From Bdellovibrionota bacterium (GTDB lineage Bacteria; Bdellovibrionota; UBA2428): DNA of 64,000 nt. Location: contig JBGSZX010000031.1 of NCBI GenBank assembly GCA_041750195.1, positions 148,669 through 212,668 on the forward strand. The letters are read 5' to 3'. This document shows positions 37,342 to 45,734 of this stretch, piece by piece; the stretch's first letter is position 1, and every line of letters begins with the position of its first letter. The notes beneath the pieces are model-generated. The model did not search any database. It was not told where the DNA came from and saw only the letters and a list, made by a program, of their open reading frames with translations. The translations under genes and the position numbers were made by a program.

Positions 37342-38655
37342 ATGAAGAACAATAATGATCGATTGCTTATTGTCATTTGCGGAAGCATCGCTGCCTACAA
37401 GAGTGTTGATTTTATCCGAAAGCTAAAAGATAAATCTCTTGAGCTCGAAGTTATTTTAACTGAGTCGGCAAAAAAGTTTGTAGCTCCAAAAACTTTGGAA
37501 ACTTTTTTGGGAAAAAAAGTGATATCCAATGATCATTTCGATGATAGCCATTTAGGAACAGAGCACATTGATTTTGCAAGAAAGTTTGATGCTGTTCTTG
37601 TTTATGGGGCAACGGCAGAATTCATGGCCTCCTATAAAAATGGGAATGCCAATGATTTTTCGCACGCTCAACTTCTTGCATTCAAGGGGCCAGTTTTTAT
37701 AATGCCTGCCATGAATCCTTCCATGTGGGCTCATCCAGCAACCGTAGAAAATGTGCGAGTGTTAAAAAGCTGGGGCGTAACATTTTTTGGTCCCAGTGTG
37801 GGCGCTGTTGCGTGTGGTGAATTTGGTGAAGGGCGTTTGGTCGAAGAAGATATTGCTATCGAGGGTATTCTGAGCGCCTTGAGTGAATCGAGTGAAAATC
37901 AAAAAAAGTCGGGGGTCTTTAGCACCAAAAAAGTTCTTTTAAGCTTAGGGGCGATGGCAGCTAATTTGGATGACGTTAGGACTTTGCAAAATAATTCATC
38001 TGGTGAGATGGGTTTTTGCTTAGCAAAAGAATTGATAGACAACGGCGCTCAGCTAAAAATCATGAAGGGTTTGTTAAGTTCTTCGGTGGAGTCTGAATTT
38101 GGTGAATGGTGTCGACTAAACAATATAGAGAGTTTCGATACCCAGTCTCCTCAAAAATATTCTGAAGTCTTAGCGCTCAATAGCAGTTGGGCCGATGTTT
38201 TTATTTCTTCTGCTGCTGTCCTAGATTTTGAGATTGTTAAGGGGTCGCAAAAGTTGGATCGTCGAGAACTCTTTAAGGGGAATGAAACTAAGGCGACTTT
38301 GGAATTGACGATCTCAAAAGTCGAGGACTTTGCAAAGAGCTTTGGCCAATCAAAGCGTAAGGACCAAGTCTTGGTAAGTTTTTCGGCTGAGTCATTAGAA
38401 GATGAAACAAAACTTCTTGAAAGAGCTTGCCAAAAAGCTAAAGAAAAAAATTCTAATCTCTGTTTCGTCAACAGAGTTAGCCAGAATTCGGGACCAGGAC
38501 AGCCAGCGAGCGAGGCCTGGTTAATCAAAGATGCTTTAAGTGTTGAGAGGCTTGGCTTTCTTCCAAAGGGACAGCTTGCGAGGCAACTCTTAAAATCATT
38601 AGAAGCTTTGTTATCTGTTGAAAAGGTAAAACCTCATTCCCTTTTGCGGGAATGA
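37342..38655 (+). CDS. coaBC: bifunctional phosphopantothenoylcysteine decarboxylase / phosphopantothenate-cysteine ligase
   Basis: N-terminal flavoprotein domain (LLIVICGSIAAYKSVDFIRKL...PAMNPSMW). C-terminal CoaB domain (KKVLLSLGAMAANLDDVRTLQNNSSGEMGFCLA). Confidence 0.85.
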   Translation: MKNNNDRLLIVICGSIAAYKSVDFIRKLKDKSLELEVILTESAKKFVAPKTLETFLGKKVISNDHFDDSHLGTEHIDFARKFDAVLVYGATAEFMASYKNGNANDFSHAQLLAFKGPVFIMPAMNPSMWAHPATVENVRVLKSWGVTFFGPSVGAVACGEFGEGRLVEEDIAIEGILSALSESSENQKKSGVFSTKKVLLSLGAMAANLDDVRTLQNNSSGEMGFCLAKELIDNGAQLKIMKGLLSSSVESEFGEWCRLNNIESFDTQSPQKYSEVLALNSSWADVFISSAAVLDFEIVKGSQKLDRRELFKGNETKATLELTISKVEDFAKSFGQSKRKDQVLVSFSAESLEDETKLLERACQKAKEKNSNLCFVNRVSQNSGPGQPASEAWLIKDALSVERLGFLPKGQLARQLLKSLEALLSVEKVKPHSLLRE

Positions 38656-38665
38656 GGTTTTTTTT
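38632..38665 (+). terminator. rho-independent terminator at the coaBC 3' end
   Basis: Perfect 10-bp stem CCTCATTCCC / GGGAATGAGG with loop TTTTGC, followed by T8. The stop codon lies inside the stem. Confidence 0.85.
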
Positions 38666-38698
38666 ATCTAGAATTCTTTGGACAACGTATCTAATCTA

Positions 38699-40054
38699 TT
38701 AGACGTCAACATCACAGGATATAGCTGTACATCCGGGGGGCAGGTCGCCATTCGGATCATCAATCGGAGGAGTGTCGGTTCCTGGATCTACCACTACCGG
38801 CACAGTTATGACTTCAACAGGCGGTTCAACCGGCGGCTCGATGATAGTTTTAAGGCAGTAATCAATTACGATTTCTGACTTGGCCACTCCTGGATTTTCA
38901 ATTCTGACACTATTGCTAGCTAAATCAAAACTGTGATTGCCCAACTCTCCGTCCACAAAGGCTTGAATGCTATCTTCTAAGACAGGTGAGTTAGATAGTT
39001 GGAAAGAATCAAAAACTTGCATTTGCTTGGCAACTTTTTCGCCAAAACTACTGAGACCTGAAGAATAGTCTTCTTGCCAAATGTCGATGAGACCACCGTT
39101 GGTTTTTTCGACAATCTCTGCATAGCCATATCCAAATTCATCTTCATTAGTTGTCATGGGTCTTCTGGAGATTGAGCTTTTTCCAGTTTTTGAATTGATA
39201 TATTTTGATGAGACGGGCAAATAGGCTTTTGGATCTTTATCAGTGTGGATAATAGCTCCAATAGAGACCGGTTGATCACCTTTGAGTGATCGCAAATGTT
39301 GGATCATGAAATCTGTACTGAGGTATTGAGAAGCGCCAGACGAAGTTTGAATGGTGCAGTTTTCATTTTTTGCAATATCCTCTAAAGTCTTTCCTTTATA
39401 GGTATTGTAATCCTTAGCTGGAGTGATACCATCTGGATACTGCGCACAAATTTCGTTTTCATCTGAAACAAATATAATTGCTAGGCCTGCGTCGGCTCTG
39501 AACATTCCGGCTGCTTTGTTTTTGGCGAGTTGGTCCCCTGAACTGGCTTGATAGAGCGAGTAAAAGGCTGTTTCACCACCATCAGAGAAGTAATCACTTG
39601 GAGTTTTTGTAAGACGGCTTTTTAACCCATTTCGAATTGACTCTAGTGAATGGATCTCAGAATCATAGACTGCAGGCGCCGTTGGACTGTTAACATATAG
39701 TTTTCCAGACCAACTTGATCGATTACCGTGGCTAAGAACAACACCAAGCCTATAGTCAAAATCTTCCGGAAGTTTTTCTACAAAATTATCTATTCTATTT
39801 GCGATTTGAATGCGTTCGTTCTCTATTGAACCTGAAGTATCCACGACAAATAGAACATCTAATTTAGATGTTAACACTTGGTCGGGCTGAGTATAGTGTT
39901 CGCGGTAACACGAATCTGCAATTGTTTCGACTCCGTCACCTTGTTTGATCCCATCTATAACATCAATGTTTGTGGGTATTTCGCATCCCGAAAATAATGC
40001 TAACCCGGCACAGTAACTGAGTAGTTTGTAGTTTGATTTCTTGTTAATCGGCAT
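38699..40054 (-). CDS. von Willebrand factor type A (vWA) domain lipoprotein
   Basis: Lipobox (LALFSGC). vWA MIDAS motif DVLFVVDTSGSIENER. A C-terminal Pro-rich repeat PPVEPPVEV. Confidence 0.7.
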   Translation of the reverse strand: MPINKKSNYKLLSYCAGLALFSGCEIPTNIDVIDGIKQGDGVETIADSCYREHYTQPDQVLTSKLDVLFVVDTSGSIENERIQIANRIDNFVEKLPEDFDYRLGVVLSHGNRSSWSGKLYVNSPTAPAVYDSEIHSLESIRNGLKSRLTKTPSDYFSDGGETAFYSLYQASSGDQLAKNKAAGMFRADAGLAIIFVSDENEICAQYPDGITPAKDYNTYKGKTLEDIAKNENCTIQTSSGASQYLSTDFMIQHLRSLKGDQPVSIGAIIHTDKDPKAYLPVSSKYINSKTGKSSISRRPMTTNEDEFGYGYAEIVEKTNGGLIDIWQEDYSSGLSSFGEKVAKQMQVFDSFQLSNSPVLEDSIQAFVDGELGNHSFDLASNSVRIENPGVAKSEIVIDYCLKTIIEPPVEPPVEVITVPVVVDPGTDTPPIDDPNGDLPPGCTAISCDVDV

Positions 40055-40326
40055 GTGCGAATATCCTCCTTGGATAGGATTGTCTTGAACACGGTTGTTT
40101 TTGACATTGATTTGTGGGGATACTAAAAATAAATGTTAGCTCATTATCTTTAGCGTTTTCAGCTTACATGCGTAGAGTGTCTATTATTATATCTTTTATT
40201 GTTTTCTTGTGGGGGAAGAATTGTAGTATTTTATGAAAACTTAATATCGCAAATGCTAAGTCCTTAATTTGTATAAAATGTGTAGGCAAAGATTGACGAA
40301 CAAGGTAGGGCGCGTAGGATAGGGTT

Positions 40327-41220
40327 ATGGAAAAGCGTGGCGTCCCTTTTGCAAAATTAGAGGCCCTTGGAAATTCATATATTGTTGTTGATCCTAAGGA
40401 TAAAGATTTTTGGGGTGACGGTGAGGTGAAACTTTGGTGCTCCTCCGATTGGGGTTTGGGTTCCGACGGGATTTTATGGGGACCCTTTTACGATTCCGAT
40501 ATAGATCCACCTCGACTTGTGATTTTTAACAGTGATGGAAGTCAGGCTGAGAAAAGTGGAAATGGTCTAAGAATATTTGCTAGGTACCTTTGGGACAAAG
40601 GTCAAATTCATGAAAATCCGTTTACAATATATTCCGCAGCCGGACCCGTTGGCGTGAGGGTGTTTAAGGATTTCGCTATTGAGATCCAAATGGGGAAGGC
40701 AAATCTGTTGGGTGATCTTAAGGAAGACCTCACCGTATCTGTTCTTCGCCCCGATGGTGAAAAAGAAATTGTCTTAGATGTGACCAGGGTGAACGTTGGG
40801 AATCCGCATTGTTGCGTGTTCGGCGGTTTTGATTATGTGGATCATATCCGCCAATGGGGTGAGGCTATTGAGAATCACTTTATGTTTCCGAGGCGTACGA
40901 ATGTTCAGTTTGTGAAAGTGGAGTCCAGAACAGAGATTTTTTTTGAAGTATGGGAGCGAGGCTCTGGTTATACCTTGGCATCAGGCTCGAGTGCATGCGC
41001 TGTCGCTTTTAGTGCCTACAAGCGAGGTTTGGTTGATTCTTCTGTCACTCTAAAAATGCCTGGCGGAGAATTACACGTGCAAATCGAAAGCTCGGATAAC
41101 ATTATAATGCGAGGTAAGACGGATTGGATTTGTGAGGGGCAATGGCTTAAGCCTGAAGCTCCTAGAGCTCCAACAGAAAAAGATGAAGATGTGGAAGTCT
41201 TCGAAGGGGAAGACAAATGA
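40327..41220 (+). CDS. DapF-family (diaminopimelate epimerase-like) protein with Ser in place of the first catalytic Cys
   Basis: Aligns along its full length to DapF (LGNSYIVVD ~ [30 protein letters not shown] ~ [39 protein letters not shown] ~ GSGACAAAV). The first active-site Cys position reads Ser (KSGNG). It also carries an acidic C-terminal tail. Confidence 0.65.
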   Translation: [297 protein letters not shown]

Positions 41221-41642
41221 GTCAGGAAGTTTATTCAAAAGAGATTATAAATGCTTGGGAAAAGGCTAAAGAAGTTCGTCAAAGGGCTCATGCGCCTTAT
41301 TCCAAATATAAAGTGGGCGCGGCCTTAAAGATTAAAGAGTCCGCTGAATTGATCCTTGGCTGTAATGTTGAAAATGCTAGTTATGGGGCAACTGTTTGCG
41401 CTGAGCGAACCGCCTTTCAGGTGGCTGTGGCAAAATTCGGGAAGATTAGTCCCGAGTATATTATGTTGGTGACCCAAAGTGATCCGGCCGTTCCTCCATG
41501 CGCACTTTGTCTTCAGGTGTTTTCGGAGTTTTGTGGCCCCGAGTTTAGAATTTATATTGCGAATGAAAAAGAAATCCAAAGAGTGGCGAAGTTTGGTGAA
41601 CTTTTGGTTTCACCATTTGGGCCCAAAGATTTATTGAAATAA
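41217..41642 (+). CDS. cdd: cytidine deaminase
   Basis: Zinc-binding CAERTAF and PCALCLQV motifs. 141 aa, homotetrameric-type size. Overlaps the upstream stop. Confidence 0.85.
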   Translation: MSQEVYSKEIINAWEKAKEVRQRAHAPYSKYKVGAALKIKESAELILGCNVENASYGATVCAERTAFQVAVAKFGKISPEYIMLVTQSDPAVPPCALCLQVFSEFCGPEFRIYIANEKEIQRVAKFGELLVSPFGPKDLLK

Positions 41643-41677
41643 ACTTTTATAAATTTTTTATTAATTCGGCTTGATAA

Positions 41678-42157
41678 TTAACTTGGCTTAATAACAGAAG
41701 GAAGTGTTTTTATTTCGTTTCGAAAAAGAACATCAATTCTATTATCGCGTCGTTTTTGAACAACGCCTTTGCCAAAAACGTGATGAGTGAGCACTTCGCC
41801 TTCGTCGAAATATTTTTTTGGATCAAAATCTTTTACAACTTTGTCTCCCCAGTGTTTGACTCCATCAAACCAACTTTGCTCGAGTGTCGCAGAAGTTTTG
41901 ATGATTTGTGTCGAACTAGGTTTTCGACGGGTGACAGTTCGCTTTTTAGCGTCAGGTTTAGCTGTTTTTTCTTTTTTGTATTTATGAATAGTTTTAGAAA
42001 CTTTGCACTCAACTCGATCGACATAGCCGTCCTTGTCATGGTTGACCACAACATGCCAGGTGAAGGCTTTTTCTTTTGTGCTGTAACACCAAATATCTTG
42101 GGCTACAGGAGTGCGGTCAACATCAGAGTGGCTAGAGGAGTTTTTTTCACCGGTCAT
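41678..42157 (-). CDS. hypothetical protein with DUF3553-like C-terminal module
   Basis: C-terminus GEVLTHHVFGKGVVQKRRDNRIDVLFRNEIKTL resembles the HxxFGxGxV…V.F motif seen at UvrD/PcrA C-termini and in stand-alone DUF3553 proteins. Lys-rich middle. Confidence 0.35.
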   Translation of the reverse strand: MTGEKNSSSHSDVDRTPVAQDIWCYSTKEKAFTWHVVVNHDKDGYVDRVECKVSKTIHKYKKEKTAKPDAKKRTVTRRKPSSTQIIKTSATLEQSWFDGVKHWGDKVVKDFDPKKYFDEGEVLTHHVFGKGVVQKRRDNRIDVLFRNEIKTLPSVIKPS

Positions 42158-42161
42158 CGTT

Positions 42162-42695
42162 CTAGTAGTCTACTCGATCTTCCTTAAGTTTCCACAACTC
42201 AAAAACTTCGGTGTGGCCTTGCGTGACAACATGGAAGGTCGGAATTGACCTTTTTTCGATGGGCAAGGCGATTTCTTGGTAAATAAAGTCATCGTCAAAA
42301 CCCGCTAGCGCGGCATCTCTACGGGAGGCGGCAAAATAGAGGGCTTTGGGGCGTGCCCAGTAGATGGCGCCTAGGCACATGGGGCAGGGTTCACAGCTCG
42401 AAAAAATTTCGCAATCGTCTAATTGAAAGGTGGACAGTTTTTGACAGGCGTCACGAATGGCTTGAACCTCGGCATGTGCCGTGGGATCGTTGCGCGAGGT
42501 GACCGAATTAAAGCCGCTACCGACGATGGCGTCATTTTGTACAACAATGGCGCCAAAGGGGCCGCCTTGGCCATCTTGCATATGTTTTTTTGCAAGCTCT
42601 ACGGTCGCTTTTAAATATTTCTGGATTCTAGCCTCTGAATTCGACATCAAAGTATTGTGGCACAAATCGGGGAAGGCGGCAAAGCTAGGTCGCAA
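42162..42695 (-). CDS. CMP/dCMP-type zinc deaminase (TadA/GuaD-like nucleoside/nucleotide deaminase)
   Basis: HAEVQAIRDA and CEPCPMCLGAIYWAR motifs. Confidence 0.8.
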   Translation of the reverse strand: MRPSFAAFPDLCHNTLMSNSEARIQKYLKATVELAKKHMQDGQGGPFGAIVVQNDAIVGSGFNSVTSRNDPTAHAEVQAIRDACQKLSTFQLDDCEIFSSCEPCPMCLGAIYWARPKALYFAASRRDAALAGFDDDFIYQEIALPIEKRSIPTFHVVTQGHTEVFELWKLKEDRVDY

Positions 42696-43715
42696 TCATT
42701 TATGAGGGTTTGTGAGTCTCTCTAAGCTCTCATTTAAGGCTTGGATTTCTTCACGCCACCACTCCGGGCTCCCAAAATGGGGAAACAATTTAGGAAATGA
42801 GGGGTCGTCCCAGCGTCTGGCAATCCACGCATTATAATGAAGCATTCGTAGGGCTCTTAAGGCTTCAATGCTGTGAAGGGTTTCCTTTTCGAACGGATAG
42901 ATACTTTCGTAGGCCTCTAAAAATATTTCGCGCTGGCGCTCATCTTGAGCATCTCTTCCTCTTAATATCATCCATAAGTCTTGGACGGGGGGGCCGGTGA
43001 TGCAGTCGTCGAAATCGGTGAAGAAGGGACCTTGTTCATTCCATAGAACATTGCCGCAATGGCAATCTCCGTGGATGCTTATGTGTTTGAGGTTTGCAAT
43101 GGTGGCGCCGAGAAGCTCGGCAGATTCGTCTACCAATTGCAAATATCTTTCGGCCATCGGATTGTTGGCTAGGGGACTTTTGTCAAGAAAGTCGACGGAA
43201 TCCCAAAGCCAATTATCTACTGTAAAGGTTTTTCTAAATTTAAATTTTGTTTGAGAACCCACTATGTGAAGCCTTGCCAAATAGCGACCAAGAATTGTTA
43301 ACTCTTCGTTTTGTAGCTCATCCTTAAGGCGACCTCTAACTTTGGGAAAAATACAAAAATATATGTCTTCTGTGGTTTTTGAAATTTTTGAACAGGAAGT
43401 GTTGCCGCCCGGAAGATCAATAGCCTTTACGATAGGAACTTCGTAGTCATAGAGAGCAGTTAAAAAATTATGTTCTTCCTCTAGCTGTTCCAGGCTCCAA
43501 CGGCCTGGCCTATAAAATTTTGCAACATATTCTTCCCCATTTTCGAGGTCGAAGGACAAAACGCGATTTTCAATACTATTGAGAGCCATTAACCTGCCAG
43601 TGCAGCGGCGATTATCACCAGCGCTAACGCCAAGCGCAGCCTCAAGGCTGTTGAGGATATGGCTGTGATCTAGGGAATAGAAAGATTCTTTTAGGTTGCT
43701 CAACTCCCCTCGCAT
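42696..43715 (-). CDS. protein kinase-like (aminoglycoside phosphotransferase/RdoA-SrkA-type) fold protein
   Basis: Catalytic-loop-like IHGDCHCGNVLW and DFDD motifs. 339 aa, similar to YihE/RdoA-type stress kinases. Confidence 0.5.
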   Translation of the reverse strand: MRGELSNLKESFYSLDHSHILNSLEAALGVSAGDNRRCTGRLMALNSIENRVLSFDLENGEEYVAKFYRPGRWSLEQLEEEHNFLTALYDYEVPIVKAIDLPGGNTSCSKISKTTEDIYFCIFPKVRGRLKDELQNEELTILGRYLARLHIVGSQTKFKFRKTFTVDNWLWDSVDFLDKSPLANNPMAERYLQLVDESAELLGATIANLKHISIHGDCHCGNVLWNEQGPFFTDFDDCITGPPVQDLWMILRGRDAQDERQREIFLEAYESIYPFEKETLHSIEALRALRMLHYNAWIARRWDDPSFPKLFPHFGSPEWWREEIQALNESLERLTNPHK

Positions 43716-43864
43716 TCTAATCTACTTAGGGGCAGGAAGCACCGCGTGGAAGTCAAAATATAATGTTAATATATTAACATTATATCTTTTAAATGGCGAT
43801 ATTCCATGGCATGCTCATTTTTTGGCCTACTTTTAGGCTTTCGGTAATTAGGGAGATCCAACAA

Positions 43865-44488
43865 ATGAAAAATACAAAATTACTTGGACTGGGAATGCTT
43901 ATGCTTTTCGGGCTGGGCGTAGCTCAGGAAACTTTTGCAGCAAAAGCTCAGTTTAAAAAATATAATCTAGATGTCGCACATTCCGAGTTAGGATTTAAAG
44001 TTTCACATTTGGTAATTTCAAAAGTGCATGGAAGTTTCAAGAAATTCGAAGGGACATTCCAGGCTGATCCCGAGAAATTAGTCCTAAAAGATGTCAATGT
44101 TAACATAGATGTTGGCAGTATTGAGACCAACGAAAAGGACAGAGACGCGCACTTGGTTGGTCCTGATTTTTTTGATGCAAAAAAGTTTCCCAAAGCAGAA
44201 TTTAAAATTAAAGGACCCATCACCTTAAAACAAGGAAGCCCCATTGAAGCTAAGGGGACACTTAAAATAAAAGGGGTGAGCAAAAGCATTCCAGTAAATA
44301 TTACCTACAATGGATCTGCCGTGGACCCTTGGGGCAATAAAAAACATGGATTCGAAGTCACAGCCAGCGTGAATCGCAAAGAATTTGGAGTGAATTGGAA
44401 TAAAACTTTGGATCAAGGCGGTGTTATGGTCGGCGAAACTGTAGATATGTTAATTTCCGCGCAGGCTAGTCCTGACGCGGGCAAATAA
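43865..44488 (+). CDS. YceI-like periplasmic protein
   Basis: Signal peptide, then YNLDVAHSELGFKVSHLVISKVHGSFKKFEGTF...DVGSIETNEKDRDAHLVGPDFFDAKKFPKAEF, a pattern typical of the YceI polyisoprenoid-binding family. It ends 35 bp upstream of the precursor-peptide gene. Confidence 0.7.
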   Translation: MKNTKLLGLGMLMLFGLGVAQETFAAKAQFKKYNLDVAHSELGFKVSHLVISKVHGSFKKFEGTFQADPEKLVLKDVNVNIDVGSIETNEKDRDAHLVGPDFFDAKKFPKAEFKIKGPITLKQGSPIEAKGTLKIKGVSKSIPVNITYNGSAVDPWGNKKHGFEVTASVNRKEFGVNWNKTLDQGGVMVGETVDMLISAQASPDAGK

Positions 44489-44523
44489 GAAACAAGAAAG
44501 AAATAGGAGAAAAGGGCAAAAGT

Positions 44524-44841
44524 ATGAACAAAAATTTATTAACAGCAGCGGTTTTAGGTATTTCAATGGCGGCATGTGCTTCCGACGGAAAAGAAAAAAA
44601 TAACATGGCCGGTGGCGAAACAGCAACAGTTGAATGTCATGGCGTTACTTCTTGCAAAGGCACTGGCGACTGTGGTGGTGACGGGCACGCATGCGCTGGA
44701 AAAAATGCTTGCAAAGGGCATGGCTGGAAGAAAATGTCTGAGCATGATTGCACAGTTGCAAAAGAAGCAATGGCAGCTGCCGCAAAAGCAGCTGTTCCTG
44801 CAAAAAAAGCAGCGGTCAAAGCTAAAAAGGCAGTTAAATAA
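44524..44841 (+). CDS. Cys-rich Sec-signal precursor peptide, DUF2282/bufferin (BUF_6Cys)-like, with Lys/Ala-rich C-terminal tail
   Basis: MNKNLLTAAVLGISMAACA signal. Core ECHGVTSCKGTGDCGGDGHACAGKNACKGHGWKKMSEHDC has six Cys, an internally duplicated C-x-G-x-x-x-C-K/G-G unit and a conserved Trp. Tail AMAAAAKAAVPAKKAAVKAKKAVK. It sits immediately upstream of DUF692 and DUF2063 genes. Confidence 0.6.
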   Translation: MNKNLLTAAVLGISMAACASDGKEKNNMAGGETATVECHGVTSCKGTGDCGGDGHACAGKNACKGHGWKKMSEHDCTVAKEAMAAAAKAAVPAKKAAVKAKKAVK

Positions 44842-44849
44842 TAACTTAA

Positions 44850-45734
44850 ATGAGCACTCGTTCGAATTTTTATGGGGGGGTCGGTTTGCGACCTTCCCAT
44901 TATCAAGAATTTTTAAACCAGGCATCTAAGCCTTCCCTGAAATGGCTCGAAGTCATTTCGGAAAATTACTTTAGAACTCAAGGGCGTCCGATCAAGGTCT
45001 TGGAAAAATTAAGAGAGAATTATGAAGTTTCCTGTCATGGAGTATCTCTTTCAATTGCGTCTCCGGAAAAAATTGACCCTAGTTATGCTAAGGATATGAA
45101 AGAATTTTACAAACGCGTTGAGCCTTTTGTCGTGTCTGATCATATGTGCTGGACTGGATTTTCGGCACATAATGTTCACGATTTACTCCCATTCCCTTAT
45201 ACTCAGGAAAATCTAAAAAACGTTGTCGAAAAAATACAGTGGTATCAGGAATTTTTGGGCCGAGAATTGGCATTCGAAAATTTATCAGCTTACGTTCAGT
45301 TCCGTGAAAGCGATTTTACGGAAGAAGAGTTTTTTCAAGAAATTTTAAAACGCAGTGGAGCTAAAATGCTTCTTGATGTGAATAATATCTACGTGAATTC
45401 ACAAAATTTTGACTTTGATCCTCTTTTATATTTACAAAAAATTTCATTAGAAAACGTGGTTCAAATTCACTTGGCCGGTTATTCGGATATGGGAAATTTT
45501 TTGTTTGATACACATTCCAGGGCAGTGCAGCCAGGAGTGTGGGAGCTTTTTAAGAAGTTTGCAGCTCAGAAAAGTTTAAATTGCCCGGTGATGATTGAGT
45601 GGGATGACGACATTCCTAAGTTAAGCGTGGTCGTCGATGAATTGCATAAAGCTCAGGAGATCTGGGAAGGTGCAAAACAAGGCCAGGGAAAACTAACTTT
45701 GGAGCAAAAAATAGGCGAGTCTATAGATGGCTAA
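44850..45734 (+). CDS. DUF692 / MNIO (multinuclear non-heme iron oxidase, MbnB/TglH/BufB-like)
   Basis: Full-length family match: GGVGLRPSHY, LKWLEVISENY, CHGVSLSIAS, VSDHMCW, HDLLPFPYTQENL, LAFENLSAY, MLLDVNNIYVNSQNFDFDP, IHLAGYS, FDTHSRAV, VMIEWDDDIP. Starts 9 bp after the precursor stop. Confidence 0.85.
   Translation: MSTRSNFYGGVGLRPSHYQEFLNQASKPSLKWLEVISENYFRTQGRPIKVLEKLRENYEVSCHGVSLSIASPEKIDPSYAKDMKEFYKRVEPFVVSDHMCWTGFSAHNVHDLLPFPYTQENLKNVVEKIQWYQEFLGRELAFENLSAYVQFRESDFTEEEFFQEILKRSGAKMLLDVNNIYVNSQNFDFDPLLYLQKISLENVVQIHLAGYSDMGNFLFDTHSRAVQPGVWELFKKFAAQKSLNCPVMIEWDDDIPKLSVVVDELHKAQEIWEGAKQGQGKLTLEQKIGESIDG

Noticed and set aside
40055-40326. 272-bp AT-rich divergent intergenic region with a TTGACG hexamer near dapF
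   Set aside because: The possible -35-like hexamer has no convincing -10 partner at proper spacing, so no promoter is called.
44563-44929. Three overlapping ORFs (two minus, one plus) across the precursor-peptide gene
   Set aside because: They are frame shadows generated by the repetitive GCN/AAR (Ala/Lys) coding of the precursor tail. The + frame 44524..44841 has the signal peptide, the Cys core and the operon context.
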